Shown here piece after piece: positions 11,801 to 21,959 of a stretch of DNA of 64,000 nt. A model generated the notes under the pieces. That model worked only from the letters and a program-made list of their open reading frames with translations. It was not told the DNA's origin and made no database searches. Within the stretch, counting starts at the first letter, position 1; every line of letters begins with the position of its first letter. Both the position numbers and the translations under genes were made by a program. The stretch is from Rebecca billardiae RCC1528 (Eukaryota; Protista; Haptophyta), in assembly GCA_965240325.2 (NCBI GenBank), contig OZ251245.1, positions 1 through 64,000 of the forward strand, given 5' to 3'.

Positions 11801-14800
11801 CTGATCCGAGATCGCCGCTCGAGCCGGGTGCATGCAGTAGGGCCAGTCGGCCAGCTTGTACTGCGAAAGTCGAGCCAATGTAGGGCTTCTGGCTGACGCT
11901 CCGCCCTGGTTCCAGCCCGTACGAGTCCTCTGGGGCATCACCGGCCAGCCACCGAGCTGACTCTAGCACCGACTCGCCGTCAGACGGTCACCGCTGCTGA
12001 TCCGAGATCGCACTGCTAGAGCCGGGCGTATGCAGCAGGGCCAGTCGGCCAGCTGGTACTGCGAAAGTCGAGCCAATGTAGGGCTTCTGGCTGACGCTCC
12101 GCCCTGGTTCCAGCCCGTACGAGTCCTCTGGGGCATCACCGGCCAGCCACCGAGCTGACCCTCGCGCGAACTGGCCGTCAGACGGTCACCGCTGCTGATC
12201 CGAGGTCGCAGCTCGAGCCGAGCGTATGCAGCAGGGCCAGTCGGCCAGCTGATACTGCGAAAGTCGAGCCAATGTAGGGCATCTGGCCGACGCTCCGCCC
12301 TGGTTCCAGCCCGTACGAGTCCTCTGGGGCATCACCGGCCAGCCACCGAGCTGACTCTAGCACCGACTCGCCGTCAGACGGTCACCGCTGCTGATCCGAG
12401 ATCGCACGGCTAGAGCCGGGCGTATGCAGCAGGGCCAGTCGGCCAGCTGATACTGCGAAAGTCGAGCCAATGTAGGGCTTCTGGCTGACGCTCCGCCCTG
12501 GTTCCAGCCCGTACGAGTCCTCTGTAGCATCATCGGCCAACCACCGAGCTGACTCTCGGGTAAACTGGCCGTCAGACGGTCAGCGCTGCTGATCCGAGGT
12601 CGCAGCTCGAGCCGGGCCGTACGTGCAGCACTGCCAGTGGGCCAGCTGATACTGCGAAAGTCAAGCCAATGTAGGGCTTCTGGCTGACGCTCCGCCCTGG
12701 TTCCAGCCCGTACGGGTCCTGTGGGGCATCACCGGCCAGCCACCGAGCTGACTCTCGCACCGACTCGCCGTCAGACGGTCACCGCTGCTGATCCGAGATC
12801 GCCGCTCGAGCAGGGCGTATGCAGCAGGGCCAGTCGGCCAGCTGATACTGCGAAGGTCGAGCCAATGTAGGGCATCTGGCTGACGCTCCGCCCTGGTTCC
12901 AGCCCGTACGAGTCCTCTGGGGCATCACCGGCCAGCCACCGAGCTGACTCTAGCACCGACTCGCCGTCAGACGGCCACCGCTGCTGATCCGAGATCGCCG
13001 CTCGAGCCGGGTGCATGCAGTAGGGCCAGTCGGCCAGCTTGTACTGCGAAAGTCGAGCCAATGTAGGGCTTCTGGCTGACGCTCCGCCCTGGTTCCAGCC
13101 CGTACGAGTCCTCTGGGGCATCACCGGCCAGCCACCGAGCTGACTCTAGCACCGACTCGCCGTCAGACGGCCACCGCTGCTGATCCGAGATCGCCGCTCG
13201 AGCCGGGTGCATGCAGTAGGGCCAGTCGGCCAGCTGATACTGCGAAAGTCGAGCCAATGTAGGGCTTCTGGCTGACGCTCCGCTCTGGTTCCAGCCCGTA
13301 CGAGTCCTCTGGGGTATCACCGGCCAGCCACCGAGCTGACTCTAGCACCGACTCGCCGTCAGACGGTCACCGCTGCTGATCCGAGATCGCACGGCTAGAG
13401 CCGGGCGTATGCAGCAGGGCCAGTCGGCCAGCTGATACTGCGAAAGTCGAGCCAATGTAGGGCTTCTGGCTGACGCTCAGCCCTGGTTCCAGCCCGTACG
13501 AGTCCTCTGGGGCATCACCGGCCAGCCACCGAGCTGACCCTCGCGCGAACTGGCCGTCAAACGGTCACCGCTGCTGATCCGAGATCGCAGCTCGAGCCGG
13601 GCGTATGCAGCAGGGCCAGTCGGCCAGCTGATACTGCGAAAGTCGAGCCAATGTAGGGCTTCTGGCTGACGCTCCGCCCTGGTTCCAGCCCGTACGAGTC
13701 CTCTGGGGCATCACCGGCCAGCCACCGAGCTGACTCTAGCACCGACTCGCCGTCAGACGGTCACCGCTGCTGATCCGAGATCGCACTGCTAGAGCCGGGC
13801 GTATGCAGCAGGGCCAGTCGGCCTCTGATACTGCGAAAGTCGAGCCAATGTAGGGCTTCTGGCTGACGCTCCGCCCTGGTTCCAGCCCGTACGAGTCCTC
13901 TGGGGCATCACCTGCCAGCCACCGAGCTGACTCTAGCACCGACTTGCCGTCAGACGGTCACCGCTGCTGATCCGAGGTCGCAGCTCGAGCCGGGCGTATG
14001 CAGCAGGGCCAGTCGGCCAGCTGATACTGCGAAAGTCGAGCCAATGTAGGGCATCTGGCCGACGCTCCGCCCTGGTTCCAGCCCGTACGAGTCCTCTGGG
14101 GCATCACCGGCCAGCCACCGAGCTGACTCTAGCACCGACTCGCCGTCAGACGGTCACCGCTGCTGATCCGAGATCGCACGGCTAGAGCCGGGCGTATGCA
14201 GCAGGGCCAGTCGGCCAGCTGATACTGCGAAAGTCGAGCCAATGTAGGGCTTCTGGCTGACGCTCCGCCCTGGTTCCAGCCCGTACGAGTCCTCTGTAGC
14301 ATCATCGGCCAGCCACCGAGCTGACTCTCGGGTAAACTGGCCGTCAGACGGTCAGCGCTGCTGATCCGAGGTCGCAGCTCGAGCCGGGCCGTACGTGCAG
14401 CACTGCCAGTGGGCCAGCTGATACTGCGAAAGTCAAGCCAATGTAGGGCTTCTGGCTGACGCTCCGCCCTGGTTCCAGCCCGTACGGGTCCTGTGGGGCA
14501 TCACCGGCCAGCCACCGAGCTGACTCTCGCACCGACTCGCCGTCAGACGGTCACCGCTGCTGATCCGAGATCGCCGCTCGAGCAGGGCGTATGCAGCAGG
14601 GCCAGTCGGCCAGCTGATACTGCGAAGGTCGAGCCAATGTAGGGCATCTGGCTGACGCTCCGCCCTGGTTCCAGCCCGTACGAGTCCTCTGGGGCATCAC
14701 CGGCCAGCCACCGAGCTGACTCTAGCACCGACTCGCCGTCAGACGGCCACCGCTGCTGATCCGAGATCGCCGCTCGAGCCGGGTGCATGCAGTAGGGCCA

Positions 14801-17800
14801 GTCGGCCAGCTTGTACTGCGAAAGTCGAGCCAATGTAGGGCTTCTGGCTGACGCTCCGCCCTGGTTCCAGCCCGTACGAGTCCTCTGGGGCATCACCGGC
14901 CAGCCACCGAGCTGACTCTAGCACCGACTCGCCGTCAGACGGCCACCGCTGCTGATCCGAGATCGCCGCTCGAGCCGGGTGCATGCAGTAGGGCCAGTCG
15001 GCCAGCTGATACTGCGAAAGTCGAGCCAATGTAGGGCTTCTGGCTGACGCTCCGCTCTGGTTCCAGCCCGTACGAGTCCTCTGGGGTATCACCGGCCAGC
15101 CACCGAGCTGACTCTAGCACCGACTCGCCGTCAGACGGTCACCGCTGCTGATCCGAGATCGCACGGCTAGAGCCGGGCGTATGCAGCAGGGCCAGTCGGC
15201 CAGCTGATACTGCGAAAGTCGAGCCAATGTAGGGCTTCTGGCTGACGCTCAGCCCTGGTTCCAGCCCGTACGAGTCCTCTGGGGCATCACCGGCCAGCCA
15301 CCGAGCTGACCCTCGCGCGAACTGGCCGTCAGACGGTCACCGCTGCTGATCCGAGATCGCAGCTCGAGCCGGGCGTATGCAGCAGGGCCAGTCGGCCAGC
15401 TGATACTGCGAAAGTCGAGCCAATGTAGGGCTTCTGGCTGACGCTCCGCCCTGGTTCCAGCCCGTACGAGTCCTCTGGGGCATCACCGGCCAGCCACCGA
15501 GCTGACTCTAGCACCGACTCGCCGTCAGACGGTCACCGCTGCTGATCCGAGATCGCACGGCTAGAGCCGGGCGTATGCAGCAGGGCCAGTCGGCCAGCTG
15601 ATACTGCGAAAGTCGAGCCAATGTAGGGCTTCTGGCTGACGCTCCGCCCTGGTTCCAGCCCGTACGAGTCCTCTGGGGCATCACCGGCCAGCCACCGAGC
15701 TGACTCTCGGGCAAACTGGCCGTCAGACGGTCACCGCTGCTGATCCGAGGTCGCCGCTCGAGCCGGGCGTATGCAGCAGGGCCAGTCGGCCAGCTGATAC
15801 TGCGAAAGTCGAGCCAATGTAGGGCTTCTGGCTGACGCTCCGCCCTGGTTCCAGCCCGTACAAGTCCTCTGTAGCATCACCGGCCAGCCACCGAGCTGAC
15901 TCTAGCACCGACTCGCCGTCAGACGGTCACCGCTGCTGATCCGAGATCGCACGGCTAGAGCCGGGCGTATGCAGCAGGGCCAGTCGGCCAGCTGATACTG
16001 CGAAAGTCGAGCCAATGTAGGGCTTCTGGCTGACGCTCCGCCCTGGTTCCAGCCCGTACGAGTCCTCTGGGGCATCACCAGCCAGCCACCGAGCTGACCC
16101 TCGCGCGAACTGGCCGTCAGACGGTCACCGCTGCTGATCCGAGATCGCAGCTCGAGCCGGGCGTATGCAGCAGGGCCAGTCGGCCAGCTGATACTGCGAA
16201 AGTCGAGCCAATGTAGGGCTTCTGGCTGACGCTCCGCCCTGGTTCCAGCCCGTACGAGTCCTCTGTAGCATCATCGGCCAGCCACCGAGCTGACTCTCGG
16301 GTAAACGACTGGCCGTCAGACGGTCACCGCTGCTGATCCGAGGTCGCAGATCGAGCCGGGCCGTACGTGCAGCAGGGCCAGTCGGCCAGCTGATACTGCG
16401 AAAGTCGAGCCAATGTAGGGCTTCTGGCTGACGCTCAGCCCTGGTTCCAGCCCGTACGAGTCCTCTGGGGCATCACCGGCCAGCCACCGAGCTGACCCTC
16501 GCGCGAACTGGCCGTCAGACGGTCACCGCTGCTGATCCGAGATCGCAGCTCGAGCCGGGCGTATGCAGCAGGGCCAGTCGGCCAGCTGATACTGCGAAAG
16601 TCGAGCCAATGTAGGGCTTCTGGCTGACGCTCCGCCCTGGTTCCAGCCCGTACGAGTCCTCTGGGGCATCACCGGCCAGCCACCGAGCTGACTCTAGCAC
16701 CGACTCGCCGTCAGACGGTCACCGCTGCTGATCCGAGATCGCACGGCTAGAGCCGGGCGTATGCAGCAGGGCCAGTCGGCCAGCTGATACTGCGAAAGTC
16801 GAGCCAATGTACGGCTTCTGGCTGACGCTCCGCCCTGGTTCCAGCCCGTACGAGTCCTCTGGGGCATCACCGGCCAGCCACCGAGCTGACTCTCGGGCAA
16901 ACTGGCCGTCAGACGGTCACCGCTGCTGATCCGAGGTCGCCGCTCGAGCCGGGCGTATGCAGCAGGGCCAGTCGGCCAGCTGATACTGCGAAAGTCGAGC
17001 CAATGTAGGGCTTCTGGCTGACGCTCCGCCCTGGTTCCAGCCCGTACGAGTCCTCCGTAGCATCACCGGCCAGCCACCGAGCTGACTCTAGCACCGACTC
17101 GCCGTCAGACGGTCACCGCTGCTGATCCGAGATCGCACGGCTAGAGCCGGGCGTATGCAGCAGGGCCAGTCGGCCAGCTGATACTGCGAAAGTCGAGCCA
17201 ATGTAGGGCTTCTGGCTGACGCTCCGCCCTGGTTCCAGCCCGTACGAGTCCTCTGGGGCATCACCAGCCAGCCACCGAGCTGACCCTCGCGCGAACTGGC
17301 CGTCAGACGGTCACCGCTGCTGATCCGAGATCGCAGCTCGAGCCGGGCGTATGCAGCAGGGCCAGTCGGCCAGCTGATACTGCGAAAGTCGAGCCAATGT
17401 AGGGCTTCTGGCTGACGCTCCGCCCTGGTTCCAGCCCGTACGAGTCCTCTGTAGCATCATCGGCCAGCCACCGAGCTGACTCTCGGGTAAACGACTGGCC
17501 GTCAGACGGTCACCGCTGCTGATCCGAGGTCGCAGATCGAGCCGGGCCGTACGTGCAGCACTGCCAGTGGGCCAGCTGATACTGCGAAAGTCGAGCCAAT
17601 GTAGGGCTTCTGGCTGACGATCCGCCCTGATTCCAGCCCGTACGAGTCCTCTGGGGCATCACCGGCCAGCCACCGAGCTGACCCTCGCGCGAACTGGCCG
17701 TCAGACGGTCACCGCTGCTGATCCGAGGTCGCCGCTCGAGCCGGGCGTATGCAGCAGGGCCAGTCGGCCAGCTGATACTGCGAAAGTCGAGCCAATGTAG

Positions 17801-18774
17801 GGCTTCTGGCTGACGCTCCGCCCTGGTTCCAGCCCGTACGAGTCCTCCGTAGCATCACCGGCCAGCCACCGAGCTGACTCTAGCACCGACTCGCCGTCAG
17901 ACGGTCACCGCTGCTGATCCGAGATCGCACGGCTAGAGCCGGGCGTATGCAGCAGGGCCAGTCGGCCAGCTGATACTGCGAAAGTCGAGCCAATGTACGG
18001 CTTCTGGCTGACGCTCCGCCCTGGTTCCAGCCCGTACGAGTCCTCTGGGGCATCACCGGCCAGCCACCGAGCTGACCCTCGCGCGAACTGGCCGTCAGAC
18101 GGTCACCGCTGCTGATCCGAGATCGCAGCTCGAGCCGGGCGTATGCAGCAGGGCCAGTCGGCCAGCTGATATTGCGAAAGTCGAGCCAATGTAGGGCTTC
18201 TGGCTGACGCTCCGCCCTGGTTCCAGCCCGTACGAGTCCTCTGGGGCATCACCAGCCAGCCACCGAGCTGACTCTCGCGCGAACTGGCCGTCAGACGGTC
18301 ACCGCCGCTGATCCGAGATCGCAGCTCGAGCCGGGCGTATGCAGCAGGGCCAGTCGGCCAGCTGATACTGCGAAAGTCGAGCCAATGTAGGGCTTCTGGC
18401 TGACGATCCGCCCTGGTTCCAGCCCGTACGAGTCCTCTGGGGCATCACCAGCCAGCCACCGAGCTGACTCTCGCGCGAACTGGCCGTCAGACGGTCACCG
18501 CTGCTGATCCGAGATCGCAGCTCGAGCCGGGCTGTATGCAGCAGGGCCAGTCGGCCAGCTGATACTGCGAAAGTCGAGCCAATGTAGGGCTTCTGGCTGA
18601 CGCTCCGCCCTGGTTCCAGCCCGTACGAGTCCTCTGGGGCATCACCTGCCAGCCACCGAGCTGACTCTCGCGCGAACTGGCCGTCAGACGGTCACCGCCG
18701 CTGATCCGAGATCGCAGCTCGAGCCGGGCCGTACGTGCAGCACTGCCAGTTGGCCAGCTGATACTGCGAAAGTC
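2859..18774. repeat. Subtelomeric satellite A, ~196-200-bp monomers, ~81 copies, with higher-order duplication
   Basis: Monomer GCCGTCAGACGGTCACCGCTGCTGATCCGAG...GATACTGCGAAAGTCGAGCCAATGTAGGG...CCACCGAGCTGAC repeats continuously; rare variants recur at a 7691-bp offset. Confidence 0.97.
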
Positions 18775-19344
18775 TTAGAGGCGCGACGAAACTTTGCGCC
18801 CGGGGAAATACAGTTTTTCGCGTGCGCGAGGTGAGTGGACTCCCCCATATTGGCATATCATCACGATTGTATGTGGACGAATCAGAGCAGCCCAGCAGCC
18901 GGGCTGGTATATGATGATGCTGATGATATGTCCTCGGCATAGTATCGTTAATCATCATCTCGAGACGGTTGACATGAGTACTGAGACTACCAATGCATGA
19001 GTACCATCCGCACGGATCCATCCGCCGATCAAGCCGTCGCCGACGCACAGCTGCTTATGGTGATGGCTGTGAGGGCGTTGACGAATAATCTGACGAATAA
19101 CGCAGCGCAGGTCATCTGCGTATTTATGTCCCAGGCGGTGTCCGGATTCAAGACGTAGTATCTCGTCCTCGTCGCCGTCTTTTCTAATCACAACGAGAGC
19201 CGCGCTATGCGGTCACCACCTCGACGCGCCGCAATTGGGATCAGACCTACTTGCAGCTTCGCCGGCGGGGCGATAAGCACGGTTCGGATTCCCGGGCCCT
19301 TACTCATTCTACTATGATTCAAAGACACAGGCACGTCCTGATTA

Positions 19345-21876
19345 TTACCGATTTTGGGCAACTGAAAACATGCATTTCGTTTTTGCAAGTTTTGTTTTGT
19401 TTTTTGAACTTTTTTCCCTTTTTTGAAACATGTTTTGGACAAAACATCTTTTTGAAAAAATGTTTTCGAAAAACTTGTTTTGTTTTGTTTTTTTGAAAAA
19501 CGTTTTCAAAACAAGTTTTCAAAACGTGTTTCAAAAAACAAAACAAAACTTAAGTTTTCAAAACGTGTTTTGAAAACAAGTTTTGTTTTGAAAAAGTTTT
19601 CTTGGAGCGAGGAAAGAAAGACCGTTGTCCACCGCGTCGCGCGGCGGGGCAATCGGCGGCGACAGGAGATGCCGCGCGAGCCACGGCCGCGGATCGCAGT
19701 CAACGCGCACAACGGCGTGTACCGACAGGGTAGGAGCTACGACGTGGTTCTTCGGCAGCGCGTCGTGGGGACTGCCCTCCGACTGCGCGCGGGCAACTCG
19801 TCGTGCACGTACGACGAGATCGCTCAACTCACGGGCGTCGCCAAATCGACCGTGTTCAAGTGGGTGCGGGAGTACCTCGCGACGCAGCAGATCGTGAGCA
19901 CGCAGTCGGGCGGCGTCGCGTCCTCTGGCCCGCCGATCTTCGACCTGCCCCAGCTCTTCCTGCTGAAAGCACTCGTCAAGATGTACCCGCGAGACACGCT
20001 GGCGCAAACGTGTGCACGCCTTGCGCTGTGGTATGGCCTGAGCGTCAGCGAGCCGACCGTCTGCAGGGCAATGCAGGTCATCCGCATGACGCGCAAGAAG
20101 ACCGTTGAGGTTCCGGTGGTGCGCGCGAGTGCGCCGCGGCGACCGCGCATGCGTGCGCGCTTGATGCTTGGTCTCGCCCGGCCATCAGCGGGTGTGACCC
20201 TCAGCCGTGCCCTGCTGCGACAGGGCCAGGGGCGGGAGCTGATGGAGGATCCTGTCGCCGACGCAGTAAGCGCGCCGCTGAGCACATCGGCCTGCAGGAG
20301 TCCGTGCTTCGTTCGTCATCATGGCGAGCAGCGGAATCTGGGCGCGACGAGCAGCGTGATGATGCGCGCGTCCGGACGAGCCGATCATGTCTTTCGACTT
20401 TCATCCGCCTCCGCGGGCCCGTGCGCTTCGGGCAGGAGCCCTCGTCATCAGTCGTCTGATGCCGTGCATGACGCTGCCATACTACTACGACACAAGTACG
20501 CGTGAGTCGCTGTGAGTCATATCGATGCGATCGTCGCACGACAGCAGTGACGCTGCACGGCCGCGGAGCCCAGGGCTGACGATCAGTGTGGACCGAGCCG
20601 TCGGCAGACGCTTGCAAAGTCGGCGGACACGACGAGTCGTAGTGCGCGCCGCGTGCGGCCAGGTACCGCCAGGGCCAGGGCCACGCCGGTGACGGCGGGC
20701 AGCAGAGGATGCAGCACGCGCGTGACGCCAACGTGCCGTGCGAGGGCTACGCCAACGCTGCTCAGGCACCGCAGCAGCCGCAGCTCACGTGTGAGGACTT
20801 CTGCCGACTGTGGTTGGTGGCGGTGCGCGAACTCGTCGGCGGCGTCCGACGACCGCCGCGGAGGTGAAGGTGATGGTGCTTGCTGCGCTCAACGCCAGGT
20901 GCGCGTATGTGCGTGAGCTCAAGCGGTGGACGAGCACGGTCGCGTGCCGCCCGCACGTGGTCGTCGCCATCGCCCTTCGCGCCATCGTGCGACTCGGCGG
21001 CGAGCTGCACCGCGCGAGCACACAAGCGTCGGAGCACGACGGCAAGATCATCGGCAACACGTTCCGCGACCGCACGTGCCGGGCGGGCGGGCTGAGCTCG
21101 AACAGACGCGGCACGAGCATGCCGCGAGCTGGCCGCGTCGAGCAGGCCGCCAAGCAGGTGATCGTGGGCAAGATGAAGATCATGAAGAAGCGCACCAACA
21201 CCGTCGACAAGAACGGCCGGCTGCGACTGCGCGCAGCAAACGGACGGTGCAGCCGGGCGCATCCAGTGGCAGCGGGCCTGCGAGCGAGGTGCGTCTGCGC
21301 GAGATCGTCCATGCGCGTCGCACCGCATCACCACCTCCGCCATCTGACGCCTGCGCACCGCATGCGCGCGCGGCCGCGCGGTCGCGCGACGCCAGGGCGA
21401 TTGAGATGACATTCGCGCGTGTCGCGGGCAGTAATAGACGAGGAGACGAAGTGGCAGGGGCTGGTGAGCGGTGCCTGGAGCATGTGTTGGGTGGTTGCGC
21501 ACCTGCCAGTGCCCGTCCGCGCCGGCTCAGGGTTCTTACTAGGCCGCCGGCCCGCGTCGCGCGGCGGCACCCTAAAGTGAACATTTGGCCGCCATTCTGT
21601 TCATCACCGTGTGTTTTCGAGCGTCACTTTTTGGCGGAAAAAGACAAAAAGTGAAAACGTTTTTGAAAAAGGGAAAACAGGTTTGCACTTTTTGAAAACA
21701 CGTTTTGAAAACAGGTTTTGAAAAACGTTTTCGGTTTTTGTTTCGTTTTGGCAAAACTTCTTTTCCAAAAACAAAACAAAACATGTTTTAAATCCGGTTT
21801 TCAAAAGTTGAAACTTTTTGAAGTGCGTTTTTCAAAAAAGTGCAGAATCATGTTTTCAGTTGCCCAAAATCGGTAA
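19345..21876 (+). mobile_element. IS630/Tc1-mariner-type DNA transposon, copy 1 (probably non-autonomous)
   Basis: Perfect 28-bp terminal inverted repeats TTACCGATTTTGGGCAACTGAAAACATG (19345-19372 and 21849-21876); TA on both sides (19343-44, 21877-78); AT-rich subterminal TTTTGAAAA/TTTTCAAAA arrays; HTH ORF inside; second copy present in the window. Confidence 0.93.
19669..20505 (+). pseudogene. Truncated transposase: paired-like bipartite HTH DNA-binding region, no recognisable DDE domain
   Basis: VNAHNGVYRQGRSYDVVLRQRVV...EIAQLTGVAKSTVFKWVREY, then YPRDTLAQ...VSEPTVCRAM..IRMTRKK, typical of the IS630/Tc1 N-terminus; the resemblance stops at ~20110. Confidence 0.82.
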
Positions 21877-21959
21877 TACTATGACGGGCGTGCTCGGACG
21901 AAACTTCCACTCGAGTGGGGAAAAGACCTCATCGTCGCGCGCCTGCAGAACCCGCTGGA

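Noticed and set aside
3105-17886. Dozens of 61-124-aa ORFs (MLESARWLAG...)
   Set aside because: They are translations of the satellite monomer, lack ATG starts, and are broken by 1-2-bp indels.
20810-21409. Fanzor/TnpB nuclease as cargo of the IS630-type element (WTSTVAC and FRD words)
   Set aside because: No RuvC-I DPG motif, no paired CxxC zinc finger and no RDxNAAxNI; the resemblance is too weak, though a profile search would settle it.
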